Below are positions 25,722 through 35,746 of a stretch of 51,567 bases of DNA, one piece after another. Under the pieces are notes generated by a model. That model searched no databases. It was not told the DNA's origin and saw only the letters and a program-made list of their open reading frames with translations. The stretch comes from Candidatus Microgenomates bacterium (GTDB taxonomy: Bacteria; Patescibacteriota; Microgenomatia; UBA1400; PJMF01), in NCBI GenBank assembly GCA_015486535.1, contig WFRK01000026.1, positions 1 through 51,567 of the forward strand. Reading direction: 5' to 3'. Numbering within the stretch: the first letter of the stretch is position 1; the number at the start of each line of letters is the position of its first letter. The position numbers were made by a program, and so were the translations under genes.

Positions 25722-26471
25722 TTATTTTGCCAGTTCCGTTTTGACATCACTCGCTAGATAAGTGCCAATATCTTCTCCCTTAACTGCTTTGACTAAATTA
25801 CTATTTTTGAAAAGTTCGAAGACCATAACGGGCATGTTATTTTCTTGACTCATCGCTAAAGCAGAAGTATCCATGACTTGAATGGCCTTCTTTTCAATCG
25901 CATCTTTAAAATTAAGAGTTTTATATCGTTTTGCCCCTTCATATTTGGTCGGATCTTTTGTAAAGACACCATCAACCTTGGTAGCTTTCATTAAGACATC
26001 GCATTTCAGCTCAAGCGCATGTAGTGAAGCACCGGTGTCGGTGGTAACGTAAGGAACGCCGGTGCCAGCGGCTAAAATCACCACTCTCCCCTTCTCCATG
26101 TGGCGAATGGCGCGACGACGAATAAAACTTTCCGCTACCGCCGGCATCGAGAGTGCTGTTTGCATTCTCGTTGGTACACCAAGTTTTTCCAAGGTATCTT
26201 GTAAAGCTAAACCGTTCATGACCGTTGCCAACATACCCATGTAGTCGCCCGTTGCCCGATCGATGCCATTTTTTGCCCCGGCGATACCGCGAAAAATATT
26301 TCCCCCGCCAATCACAATCGCCACCTGAGTGTGAATGGCGTAAATCTTCTTTATTTGTTTTGCTACTTTAAGAACCGCCCGTGGGTCAATACCGTAACTT
26401 CTTTCACCCATCATCGATTCGCCACCAACCTTCAATAAAATTCGTTTAAAGCGATTTCTGGTAGGAGTCAT
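25722..26471 (-). CDS. pyrH: UMP kinase
   Basis: RILLKVGGE, VIGGGNIFRG, DYMGMLATVMN, TTDT and KATKVDGV. Confidence 0.96.
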   Translation of the reverse strand: MTPTRNRFKRILLKVGGESMMGERSYGIDPRAVLKVAKQIKKIYAIHTQVAIVIGGGNIFRGIAGAKNGIDRATGDYMGMLATVMNGLALQDTLEKLGVPTRMQTALSMPAVAESFIRRRAIRHMEKGRVVILAAGTGVPYVTTDTGASLHALELKCDVLMKATKVDGVFTKDPTKYEGAKRYKTLNFKDAIEKKAIQVMDTSALAMSQENNMPVMVFELFKNSNLVKAVKGEDIGTYLASDVKTELAK

Positions 26472-26498
26472 ACGATCCTTTCTTTTATTTTAGTTTAT

Positions 26499-27530
26499 TT
26501 AAATGCCCAATTTCGCTTTCAATTTGAGTATTTTCCAGCGTAAATTTTCAGCGACAGTGTAGATTTGATAAACAGGCGGATCAACCAAAACATCAAAAGT
26601 GCCCAAAAACTCCATCAGTTGACCGCCGTAACCAGCCTTAAATCTATGGAAACCATACCAAGGATTTTTCTTACTTGCGTTTGGTCCAAGAGCGCCCCAC
26701 AAGTCGAAAGTGTCGCACTTCATTTGTTGGCCGAATTTAATCATTTCCCACATCATCAAGTTGCTCGCCATGACGTTGCGGTGTTTAGCGCTTGAGGCAC
26801 CGTAGGGATAATAAAGCTTATGATGAAAAACAAACATGATCCAAGAAGCGAGTACCTCCTTTTCATAAACCGCTTGAAAAATCCTAATCATGCCTGATCG
26901 ACCTAAAGTTTGCCACATTGTGCGAAAATACTCTGGGGAATGAGCGTAAAAACCTTGTCTCCTTGTTGTTTCTTTGAGAATTTCTAAATAAGTTTCCATG
27001 CCGGCTTTGCTTGTGTTCTCAACAATAGTAACGCCTTTTTTGATTGCTAGGCGCACATTATAACGTGTTTTAGGTGTTAAATTGGCGAAAAGTTCTGCTT
27101 CGGTTTGAGTGAGATCAATTTGAAAAGTATATTTGGTAAAAAGAGGCCGACCGTAAACGGCGCCATGATCCAAAATAAATTGGCTGACTACTGCTTGTTC
27201 ACTCCGATGATCGATCGGATGAGCCACGTTTGGTTCAATTTTGACAAAAAGGGCCCGATGTTTTTTACCCAATTCTTTTAGAATGACTAATTGGTCCTCA
27301 TCAGGCATATACGATTTTGGTAAGTAACCAACGTAACGATGAATTAATGGGATGGGGTGAAAACTCACTTGGATAGCTTTTTTTAATTTTCCTCCATCAA
27401 AAAAGCCGACCCGTTCAATGTCAATTCCGGTTTGGTGCCGAAACTCTCCCCATTCCCAAGATTGTAAAGGATGATCAACAGCCTGATTGTAAATTTCTTT
27501 TTCGGTTTCTCTTAGTGGTCTACTTACCAT
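26499..27530 (-). CDS. FemABX/MurM family lipid II aminoacyltransferase
   Basis: HPLQSWEWGEF, IDL...E..L......TRYNVRLA.KKGV, YYPYGASS and G..RFK.GYGG. Confidence 0.88.
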   Translation of the reverse strand: MVSRPLRETEKEIYNQAVDHPLQSWEWGEFRHQTGIDIERVGFFDGGKLKKAIQVSFHPIPLIHRYVGYLPKSYMPDEDQLVILKELGKKHRALFVKIEPNVAHPIDHRSEQAVVSQFILDHGAVYGRPLFTKYTFQIDLTQTEAELFANLTPKTRYNVRLAIKKGVTIVENTSKAGMETYLEILKETTRRQGFYAHSPEYFRTMWQTLGRSGMIRIFQAVYEKEVLASWIMFVFHHKLYYPYGASSAKHRNVMASNLMMWEMIKFGQQMKCDTFDLWGALGPNASKKNPWYGFHRFKAGYGGQLMEFLGTFDVLVDPPVYQIYTVAENLRWKILKLKAKLGI

Positions 27531-27572
27531 ATTAATCCTTTATTATAGCCAACTTAAGCACTTAGACTAGGC

Positions 27573-29465
27573 TTAAAAATTGATGAACTCATCTAGGTCA
27601 ATTTTATCGTCTAGTACATTTTGTGCCATATTTTCATCAACGGCTGAAAAATGCTTCTCTTGCCTTTTTTTTGTCAAGGAATCACCATCTAATAATGTTT
27701 CGTCGATATCAAACAAAAAGCGACTCGGTAAACTATGACTTACGCGACCATAAAGATAACGCTGCTGAGTGTAACTGAGATAAAGCTTCTTTTTTGCCCG
27801 AGTGATACCGACATAACAAAGACGTCTCTCCTCCTCGATTTTTTGAGGATCAAATAAAGACATCGCATGAGGTAAAAGGCCATCTTCAACGCCGACAAGA
27901 AAAACAATTTCAAATTCTAACCCTTTGGCGGTATGAAGACTCATCAGTTGAACGCCATCGTTTTGATGTTTGCCTTTATTGCCTTGTTGCATATAGTCAT
28001 CTTGGATGAGAGCAATATTTTCCAACATATCACTTAAAGACTGAAAATTCAAAGCGACTCGTCCCAGTTCCTCGATATTTTCCAACCGGCTTAATTCTTC
28101 TCTTATTTCCGGTTTGAACTTTTCTTGATATTGAGTTAAATTCAGCACTTGTTCCAGTATCTCACTTGGGGTCGCTTGGAGCGCGAATTTAGGATGTTCT
28201 GCTTGCCAGAGAAGGAGTTTATTTAATTTTCTTTTACCATTTTTGGTGGCGCGACTGAGACCGGCTTCATCATAAGGATTGAGCATCAACCTCAAATAAC
28301 TGATCAAATCTTTAATTTCTTTCCGTTCATAAAATTTAGTGCCTCCTACAATGTGGTAAGCGAGCGCCTCTTTGATCAACTTTTCTTCAAATGCGCGTGA
28401 TTGTGCATTGGTGCGATAAAGGATGGCAATTTGATTAAGTGGTGTGACCAAACGTTGTTCTTTAATTGCCTGGACAACGCGGCTGGCTTCATCGCGATCA
28501 TCTCTCGCTTGAATAAGACTGATATTCTCGTCTTGAGCCACTTTGTTGGTCCAGAGTTTTAAAATTGGATGCGACTTATTTTTAGAAATAATCGCGGTGG
28601 CGGCATTTAAAATAGTTTGGCTGGAACGATAATTCTGTTCTAATCGATATTCTTTCAATTGAGGAAAATCATGCTTTAGTTTAAGCATATTGTGATAATC
28701 TGCTCCTCGCCAAGCATAGATACTTTGAGAAAAATCACCGACGACAAAAAGATTATCTTGTGGTTGGGTCAATAATTTTGTCAAGCGATATTGAACTTTA
28801 TTCGTATCTTGGTATTCATCAATCAGAACATAGTTAAAACGATGCTGTAGTTCTTCACGTGTGACTTCGTCAGACTCTAAGAGTCGCAACATCAGAATGA
28901 GCAGATCATCAAAATCGACCGCTTGCGAAGCAGTTAACGCTTTTTGATAAGCCCGGTAGAGTCGCGCAATTTCTTCTTGATAAGCATTTTGAGCAATGTT
29001 GGCATAATCTTTGGCTGAGAGCAGTTCATTTTTTGCATTACTAATGATACTTCTGACACTACGAGGCAAATATCGTTTTTTATCTAAGTGATATTTTTTA
29101 AGCAAATTTTTAATAATGCTCAGACTGTCATCACTATCGTAGATAACAAAATTACGGCTCAGTTGGATTGCCTCTCCGTAGTGCCGCAACATCCGAGCGG
29201 AAAAACTATGGAAAGTACTGATAATACTTGGAGGTTGAATTTGCGCTTGATTAAGTCGTTGACGCATTTCCAGCGCCGCTTTATTGGTGAATGTAACCAA
29301 GAGAATCGTTTTTGGATCGACTTGTTTTTCTTGAATCAACCAGGCAGCGTGGGTGGTGAGCACTTTTGTTTTACCCGAACCCGCTCCAGCCAAAACCAAC
29401 GCGGGACCCGATTGATGAGTGGCGGCTTTTCGTTGGTTTGGATTGAGGTTGCTTAGTAAGTCCAT
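27573..29465 (-). CDS. pcrA: UvrD/PcrA ATP-dependent DNA helicase
   Basis: LAGAGSGKT, TFTNKAA.EM, DEYQDTN, LEQNYRS, YRTNAQSR, H.AKGLEF and EEERRLCYVGITRA. Confidence 0.93.
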   Translation of the reverse strand: MDLLSNLNPNQRKAATHQSGPALVLAGAGSGKTKVLTTHAAWLIQEKQVDPKTILLVTFTNKAALEMRQRLNQAQIQPPSIISTFHSFSARMLRHYGEAIQLSRNFVIYDSDDSLSIIKNLLKKYHLDKKRYLPRSVRSIISNAKNELLSAKDYANIAQNAYQEEIARLYRAYQKALTASQAVDFDDLLILMLRLLESDEVTREELQHRFNYVLIDEYQDTNKVQYRLTKLLTQPQDNLFVVGDFSQSIYAWRGADYHNMLKLKHDFPQLKEYRLEQNYRSSQTILNAATAIISKNKSHPILKLWTNKVAQDENISLIQARDDRDEASRVVQAIKEQRLVTPLNQIAILYRTNAQSRAFEEKLIKEALAYHIVGGTKFYERKEIKDLISYLRLMLNPYDEAGLSRATKNGKRKLNKLLLWQAEHPKFALQATPSEILEQVLNLTQYQEKFKPEIREELSRLENIEELGRVALNFQSLSDMLENIALIQDDYMQQGNKGKHQNDGVQLMSLHTAKGLEFEIVFLVGVEDGLLPHAMSLFDPQKIEEERRLCYVGITRAKKKLYLSYTQQRYLYGRVSHSLPSRFLFDIDETLLDGDSLTKKRQEKHFSAVDENMAQNVLDDKIDLDEFINF

Positions 29466-29490
29466 CGGGGTTTTATGGTATCATACTTTT

Positions 29491-30165
29491 ATGGCAAAAT
29501 TAGTGGTAGCTAATTGGAAATCAAATAAAACAAAGGCGGAAGTAAGCAGTTGGTTAAAACAATTCTTAGCTGCCCTTTCTCCGGTTTCAGTAGAAGTTGT
29601 GCTAGCGCCGCCGTTCGTTTTTATTGACTTTATCAGTCGCTTGATGGTGTCATTCAGCTATTTGAAGTTAGCGGTACAGGATTTAAGTCCCTATCCGGCG
29701 GGAAGTTATACCGGGGCGATTTCCGCCGTCAATCTTAAAGGTCTTCAGGTTGAATATGCCATTGTGGGCCACTCCGAACGGCGGCGCTGGTTTCACGAAA
29801 CCAATAACGATGTTGCCTTGAAAGTGGAACAAGCTTTAGCGAATCAATTAAAACCAATTGTTTGTGTCGATGATGATACCATGGTTGGCTTGGCTGGTAA
29901 GTTAGCGGAAAATGTTTGGCGAAACTGTATTATTGCCTATGAACCTTCGGGCGCGATTGGTACGGGCATGGGTCAAGATGTTGGTTTGGTAGAACAAGCA
30001 GTCAAAAAGATCCACGGTTATTTTGGTCGGGTCAAAGTTCTTTATGGTGGCAGCGTTGATGAGCGAAATATTAATGAATATCTTTTGGTCAGCGATGGGG
30101 TTTTGGTGGGTAATGATAGTCTCGCCGTTAACCAATTTCTTCAATTATTAAAAGCGATTAAGTAG
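29491..30165 (+). CDS. tpiA: Triosephosphate isomerase (short form)
   Basis: VANWK, GSYTG, VGHSERR, AYEP..AIGTG and LYGGSV. The real start is ATG 29491; the track's 29419 start overlaps pcrA. Confidence 0.92.
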   Translation: MAKLVVANWKSNKTKAEVSSWLKQFLAALSPVSVEVVLAPPFVFIDFISRLMVSFSYLKLAVQDLSPYPAGSYTGAISAVNLKGLQVEYAIVGHSERRRWFHETNNDVALKVEQALANQLKPIVCVDDDTMVGLAGKLAENVWRNCIIAYEPSGAIGTGMGQDVGLVEQAVKKIHGYFGRVKVLYGGSVDERNINEYLLVSDGVLVGNDSLAVNQFLQLLKAIK

Positions 30166-30177
30166 AAGCAGTTGTGT

Positions 30178-31491
30178 ATGTCAAAAGTTGCCATTGTCGG
30201 GGCGGGATTTACTGGTTTAGCGGCCGCTTGGCGATTACGTCGCCTAGGTCATCAAGTCACCATTTTTGAAAAAAACCCTTACCCGGGTGGTTTAGCGGCC
30301 GGATTTAAAGCCTCCGGTTGGAATTGGTCACTTGAACACCATTACCACCATATTTTTAGTGGTGATAAGACAATCCTTCAATTTGCTCACCAATTGGGTT
30401 TGAGAAAAAAATTCTTTTTTCGTCAACCGAAAACTTCTGTTTACTACCAAAACAAAATTTTCCGACTTGATTCGCCAATGTCGTTATTTCAAGTACCGGT
30501 TCTTTCACTAACAACAAAATTGCGTGTGGCCGTCACTTTAGCTGTCCTTAAGTTGATGCCTGAGACCAGTGGGCGTCAATTGGAAAAATTTACGGCTCAG
30601 GCATTTTTACAGAAAACCATGGGTGATGAAGCTTGGCGAGTCTTGTGGCAACCATTGTTCCAAGATAAATTTTCCGTCCATGCAGCCGAGGTTAATGCGG
30701 CCTGGTTTTGGGCTCGGATCAAAGCGCGTACTCCCCGTTTGGGTTACTTTGTTGGCGGTTTCGGTCAATTTGCCCAAGATACGGTACAACGCTTGCATCA
30801 AGTTGGTGTGGAGACTCATTTTAATGCAGATGTGACCTTAATTGAGTCCGCAAATTCACCTCAACCGCAATGGCAATTGAGAGTTGTTGGCAAACATTTC
30901 TCAAACAACTTATTTGATCAAGTACTCATCACCCTGCCGGCCCATCAATTGACTCAATTGACTAAAGTTTCGTGGCCGGATCACTTCAAACGCAAAATAA
31001 AGCAGTTGGATTATGTCTCAGCCATTACTCTCATCATTGAAGCGGAGAAACCTTTTTTTCACGACCAAACCTATTGGTTGAATGTTAATGAGCGCCAGTT
31101 CCCTTTTTTAGCTGTGGTGGAACAAACGAATTTTATTGATCGGCGTTACTATGGTGGCAAGCACATTATCTATGTTGGTCAATATTTGTCTCAGACAGAC
31201 AAATTATATTCCTTGGATGCCACTCAGTTACTTGAACATTATCGCTCCGCCCTCGATCAACTCTCTCCCGGCTTTAGTCAAAGTATTAAAAGAGTCTGGC
31301 GTTTTCGCACTGAATTTGCCCAGCCAATCGTGAAAACTAATCACTCAAGATTATTGCCCCAAATAAAAACACCAATCAAGGGACTCTATTGGGCGAGTAT
31401 GCAGCATATTTATCCTTGGGACAGGGGAACAAATTTTGCGGTTAAATTAGGTGAAGCAGCAGCAGAAACGATTCATCATGCGATTAATTAA
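30178..31491 (+). CDS. FAD-dependent oxidoreductase (amine oxidase/protoporphyrinogen oxidase fold)
   Basis: Rossmann VAIVGAGFTGL...E....GGL, LEHHYHHIF, LGYF.GGF and YPWDRGTN. Confidence 0.85.
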   Translation: MSKVAIVGAGFTGLAAAWRLRRLGHQVTIFEKNPYPGGLAAGFKASGWNWSLEHHYHHIFSGDKTILQFAHQLGLRKKFFFRQPKTSVYYQNKIFRLDSPMSLFQVPVLSLTTKLRVAVTLAVLKLMPETSGRQLEKFTAQAFLQKTMGDEAWRVLWQPLFQDKFSVHAAEVNAAWFWARIKARTPRLGYFVGGFGQFAQDTVQRLHQVGVETHFNADVTLIESANSPQPQWQLRVVGKHFSNNLFDQVLITLPAHQLTQLTKVSWPDHFKRKIKQLDYVSAITLIIEAEKPFFHDQTYWLNVNERQFPFLAVVEQTNFIDRRYYGGKHIIYVGQYLSQTDKLYSLDATQLLEHYRSALDQLSPGFSQSIKRVWRFRTEFAQPIVKTNHSRLLPQIKTPIKGLYWASMQHIYPWDRGTNFAVKLGEAAAETIHHAIN

Positions 31492-33199
31492 AAAACGATC
31501 AGCACTAATTTTACTATGTTTGAGCGGTCTTTTTAGTTTTTGGTTGATGTTTTCCACTTTTGGTTATAGTCATGGTTCTTTTATCATTGACAGCAAACTT
31601 TATTCTGATTTTGCCGCTCATTTACCCCTGATTCGCTCATTTAGTTTGGGGAATAATTTTCCGCCCGAATACCCTTTCTTCTATGGACAACCGATTCGCT
31701 ATCATTACTTGTTTTATCTCATTGTCGGCTTAATGGAAAGACTGGGTTTAAATTTGGCTTTTGGTTTGAATTTATTGAGCGCTTTAGGTTTTTGGCTCCT
31801 ATTAGTGATGATTTATAAGCTAACCAAATTATTTTTTCACCGTTCAGATGCGGCGGTTTTGGCGGTAATTTTATTTCTATTTAATAGTTCTTTTTCCTGG
31901 GTAGAATATTTTAACAAATTCGGTTGGTCAAAGAAAAGTCTCTTGGCGATTCCCGCTCAGGTTCAATTTGCCAGTTTTGGTCCTTGGTCTGGGAGGTTGG
32001 TAACCGCTTTTCACAGTCTCAATATTTTTACCAATCAACGTCACTTAGCCTTGAGTTATGGTCTAGCTCTTTGGCTCATTTACTTGTTGGTAAAAACAAT
32101 TGATTTCCCCATGCGCCAAAAATCTTCTCGCCGACTCAAATTGCGCCTCCAACAATTAAACTTAGGACAACAATTAGCGGTGATGATTGTTTTAGGTTCA
32201 TTTCCTTTATTACACCAGGCGGGTTATCTTATTTGCTTGATTTTTTTTGTCGCTTGGCTCACCCTCTATGCGCCAATTTATGGACGCTCATGGCGCCGTA
32301 GTTTAGATTATCTTATTCCTTTTATCATTGGGAGTTTGATTTCATTCTTAGTTTTCAGGTTTCTCACTGTTGGTAGTGAACAGAAAATATTGTGGCAGTT
32401 AGCTTATTTGGCGCCAACGAAAACGGTTGTTGGTTGGTGGCAATTTTGGTGGTTTAATTTAGGATTATATTGGCTTCTTTTACCAATTTTACTCATCTAT
32501 TCTTTCAAAAAGAAAAATTATTTTTTGATCATTTTTAGTGCCTATTTTGTTTTGGCCAACCTGTTTCGACTCAGTCCGGATATGATTAATAATCATAAAT
32601 TAACCACTATGTTCAGCATCGGTTTGAATATTATCACTGCCGGTTGGTTGATTGAAAAAAAAGTCGCGCTTCGCCGGAGAAAAAAGAATAAACTACTCAA
32701 GATAGTGCAGTTGACCATCTTGATTTTATTAACCGTTTCATTGACACTCGGGGGCTTAACGGATATTTGGCCGATTATCAATGATTACGATGGCCGAGTA
32801 AAGGACTATCCTCAATCACCAATAATGCAGTTGATTATCAAAAAAATACCCAAGAAAGCGCAGTTTTTAACCACCAGTTATATGTATAATCCCGCCTCCC
32901 TTACAGGGAGGCAATTATTCTTGGATTATGGATATTTTGCTTGGAGTATGGGCTATAATGATAGAGATAAGCGCGCCAGTTTACCATTGCTGTTCTCCGC
33001 CACCATTAGCAAACATGACTGGTGTGCCTTGATTAAAAAATATCACATCAATGAGGTACTCATCGGTCCCGGGGAATCTAAAATCGAAGATGGTCGGATT
33101 GATGTGAGGCGAAGTTGGTTGGTGAAACATTTGCCGCCAACTGACAAGACTGTTGATGGCTGGAGGTTATGGGAAATAAAATCAATTTGTAAAAATTAG
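31478..33199 (+). CDS. Polytopic membrane protein, putative GT-C glycosyltransferase
   Basis: More than 10 TM helices. First external loop SDFAAHL...NFPPEYP....IRYH carries a conserved-looking Asp, and there is a soluble C-terminal domain (SLTGR...GY). Overlaps the upstream gene. Confidence 0.6.
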   Translation: MRLIKKRSALILLCLSGLFSFWLMFSTFGYSHGSFIIDSKLYSDFAAHLPLIRSFSLGNNFPPEYPFFYGQPIRYHYLFYLIVGLMERLGLNLAFGLNLLSALGFWLLLVMIYKLTKLFFHRSDAAVLAVILFLFNSSFSWVEYFNKFGWSKKSLLAIPAQVQFASFGPWSGRLVTAFHSLNIFTNQRHLALSYGLALWLIYLLVKTIDFPMRQKSSRRLKLRLQQLNLGQQLAVMIVLGSFPLLHQAGYLICLIFFVAWLTLYAPIYGRSWRRSLDYLIPFIIGSLISFLVFRFLTVGSEQKILWQLAYLAPTKTVVGWWQFWWFNLGLYWLLLPILLIYSFKKKNYFLIIFSAYFVLANLFRLSPDMINNHKLTTMFSIGLNIITAGWLIEKKVALRRRKKNKLLKIVQLTILILLTVSLTLGGLTDIWPIINDYDGRVKDYPQSPIMQLIIKKIPKKAQFLTTSYMYNPASLTGRQLFLDYGYFAWSMGYNDRDKRASLPLLFSATISKHDWCALIKKYHINEVLIGPGESKIEDGRIDVRRSWLVKHLPPTDKTVDGWRLWEIKSICKN

Positions 33200-33244
33200 A
33201 GGTTAACTTTGAATCAGAAATAGACAATAATAGCGAAAATAGAA

Positions 33245-33865
33245 ATGAAAAGAACGAAATTTAACCATCAGCAAGTATCTTTACCACCGCGACCATTGCG
33301 AGTCGGTTTTGATTTTGATGGCGTCGTCGTTTATAACCCAATGCGCATCTTGCGACCATTTGCCTCGTTTATCAAAAAGAAAAATTTACTAAAGAGAAAG
33401 GAGTTAGAGTTTTTTGTGCCAACGAAGAAATGGGAGAAATTTCTTTGGTTTTTGGCTCATCAGACGAGTCTTTTCCCCGCCGCCGGTTGGCAAAGAATTG
33501 AGGAGTTAAAACGAGACAAAGTGATTGAACCTTATTTAATTACCGGACGCAACACTTTTCTCAAAAATGATCTGAAATTTAAGTTAAAACTTTTTGGTTT
33601 AGAGAAAATCTTTACCACTGTTTATATTACTGAAAAAGATGAACAACCGCATTTATTTAAAGAACGCATCATCAAACAGTTAAAATTAGACTATTTTATT
33701 GAAGATAACTGGGATATTGTTCAGTATCTGAGTCAATGTCATTTGCCGGCAAAAATTATTTGGGTGAGTAATTTAGTTGACGAAAAGATCCGTTATCCAC
33801 ACAAGGTAAAGAATTTAGCGGCGGCACTTAAGTTAATGCTTCGCTGTGAACAACAAAATAAATAA
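33245..33865 (+). CDS. HAD superfamily phosphatase
   Basis: Motif I VGFDFDGV, motif II LITGR, motif III K and motif IV FIEDN. Confidence 0.8.
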   Translation: MKRTKFNHQQVSLPPRPLRVGFDFDGVVVYNPMRILRPFASFIKKKNLLKRKELEFFVPTKKWEKFLWFLAHQTSLFPAAGWQRIEELKRDKVIEPYLITGRNTFLKNDLKFKLKLFGLEKIFTTVYITEKDEQPHLFKERIIKQLKLDYFIEDNWDIVQYLSQCHLPAKIIWVSNLVDEKIRYPHKVKNLAAALKLMLRCEQQNK

Positions 33866-33923
33866 ATTTTGTTTAAGACATTTGCTGATTATGAGTTAAA
33901 ATTAATAGTAGAAGGGACTGTTT

Positions 33924-35003
33924 ATGTCAACAAAAACCAGAGCGCAAAAAACTCATTCGCCCAAAATCTTGATTACCGGTGGGGCGGGATTTTTAGGTCT
34001 TCATTTAGCAAAATTTTTCAAGCAAAAAAAATGGCAAGTCAGCCTACTCGATATCGCTGATTACCCTTCGCACGAATATGATCATCAAGGCTTTCGTTTA
34101 TTGAGAATTGATGTTCGTGACAAGCGAAAGGTTGATCAGGCTGTGGCGGGAAACGACGTTGTCATTCATACAGCAGCAGCCTTACCCTTATGGAGTCGTC
34201 ATGACATTATGACCACTAATGTTAACGGTACCATCAATGTTGCTACTAGCGCCCTAAAACATAAAGTTAAAAGAATGATTCATATTTCTTCCACTGCTGT
34301 TTATGGCGTGCCGGAAAAGCATCCCATTGTTGAGACCGATGCTTTAATTGGTGTTGGTGCCTATGGTGAATCGAAGATCGCGGCCGAAAAAAAGCTTAGA
34401 AAACTCATGAAACGTGGGCTTAATTTAACCATTTTACGACCGAAAACTTTTGTTGGGACTGAGCGTTTAGGTGTATTTGAGATTCTCTTTGACTGGGTGC
34501 ATGATGGCAAAAAAATTCCGGTAATTGGTGATGGTCGCAATCGTTATCAACTAATGGATGTCGATGATTTAGTCACGGCCAGTTACTTAATTGGTCAATC
34601 ACGTTCTCGAAAACTAAATGACGTTTTTAATATTGGTGCGAAGCAATTTGGAACAGTGAGAGAAGATCTTGAAGCTTTATTCAGACATGCTCATTCCGGT
34701 TCTCGTTTATTAGCAACGCCGGCTTGGTTGGTGAAAGGGATGTTACGTGGGTTGGAAACACTCCACTTGTCGCCACTTTATCAGTGGGTTTACGACACGG
34801 CGGACAAAGATTCATTTGTCTCGATTGAAAAATTAGAGAAAACGCTGCACTGGTCACCGAAGTATTCCAATGCTGCCGCTCTGATCAAGTCATTCGACTG
34901 GTATCAGGCACATTACACAGAAGTAAAGGCACGTGGCGTTGGTGTCAGTCATACCGTTGGTTGGAAACAGGGGGCGTTGGCATTAATCAAAAAAGTGATG
35001 TAA
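33924..35003 (+). CDS. NAD-dependent epimerase/dehydratase (extended SDR)
   Basis: LITGGAGFLG, HTAA, ISSTAVYG and YGESK. Confidence 0.9.
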   Translation: MSTKTRAQKTHSPKILITGGAGFLGLHLAKFFKQKKWQVSLLDIADYPSHEYDHQGFRLLRIDVRDKRKVDQAVAGNDVVIHTAAALPLWSRHDIMTTNVNGTINVATSALKHKVKRMIHISSTAVYGVPEKHPIVETDALIGVGAYGESKIAAEKKLRKLMKRGLNLTILRPKTFVGTERLGVFEILFDWVHDGKKIPVIGDGRNRYQLMDVDDLVTASYLIGQSRSRKLNDVFNIGAKQFGTVREDLEALFRHAHSGSRLLATPAWLVKGMLRGLETLHLSPLYQWVYDTADKDSFVSIEKLEKTLHWSPKYSNAAALIKSFDWYQAHYTEVKARGVGVSHTVGWKQGALALIKKVM

Positions 35004-35009
35004 TCGTTG

Positions 35010-35741
35010 ATGACAAAGCAATTTCAGAAACTCTCGATTATTATACCGGTTTATAATGAAGGGCGGTTAATTGCGCGCGCCATTGCCCTTGTTTTGGCAG
35101 CTGATACACTTGGCCTGAGGAAAGAAATTATCATCGTTGATGACGGTTCAACTGATCAAACGGCAAAAATTCTTTCTCACCTCAAAAAACGCCATCGTCA
35201 ACTAATTGTGATGCGTCAGCCAAAAAATTATGGCAAGGGTGCGGCAGTAAAGTTAGGTTTACTTTCAAGTAGCGGCGATATTGTTTTAATTCAGGATGCA
35301 GATCTAGAATACTCTCCGGAAGACTATCCTTTATTGCTCCGGCCGATTATTGACCATCGCGCTGACGTTGTTTATGGTTCGCGATTCATTTCTCACAAAC
35401 CTCATCGTGTCCTTTATTTTTGGCATTATGTGGTTAATAAACTTTTAACTACTTTTTCAAACATTATGACTAATTTAAACTTGACTGACATGGAAACAGG
35501 CTATAAAGTTTTTCAGGGCGAGTTGGTGCGTCGTTTAGCAAACGAATTATCCAGTCAACGATTCGGTTTCGAACCGGAGATTACGGCGAAAATAGCGAAA
35601 ATCAGCAATTTACGACTTTATGAGGTAGGCATTTCCTATTATGGGCGCACTTACGCTGAAGGAAAGAAAATTAATTGGTTTGACGGGTTTAAAGCGGTCA
35701 TGGCAATTATTCGTTTTAACTTATTTGACAACTTTATCTAA
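35010..35741 (+). CDS. GT2 polyprenol-monophosphate-sugar synthase (DPM1/Ppm1-like)
   Basis: SIIIPVYNE, VDDGSTD, GKGAA, QDADLEY, VYGSRF, TDMETGYK and FGFEPE. Confidence 0.9.
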   Translation: MTKQFQKLSIIIPVYNEGRLIARAIALVLAADTLGLRKEIIIVDDGSTDQTAKILSHLKKRHRQLIVMRQPKNYGKGAAVKLGLLSSSGDIVLIQDADLEYSPEDYPLLLRPIIDHRADVVYGSRFISHKPHRVLYFWHYVVNKLLTTFSNIMTNLNLTDMETGYKVFQGELVRRLANELSSQRFGFEPEITAKIAKISNLRLYEVGISYYGRTYAEGKKINWFDGFKAVMAIIRFNLFDNFI

Positions 35742-35746
35742 CACTA

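Noticed and set aside
33869..34060. 63-aa ORF between the HAD and SDR genes
   Set aside because: It has a TTG start, mostly overlaps the epimerase out of frame, and has no motifs.
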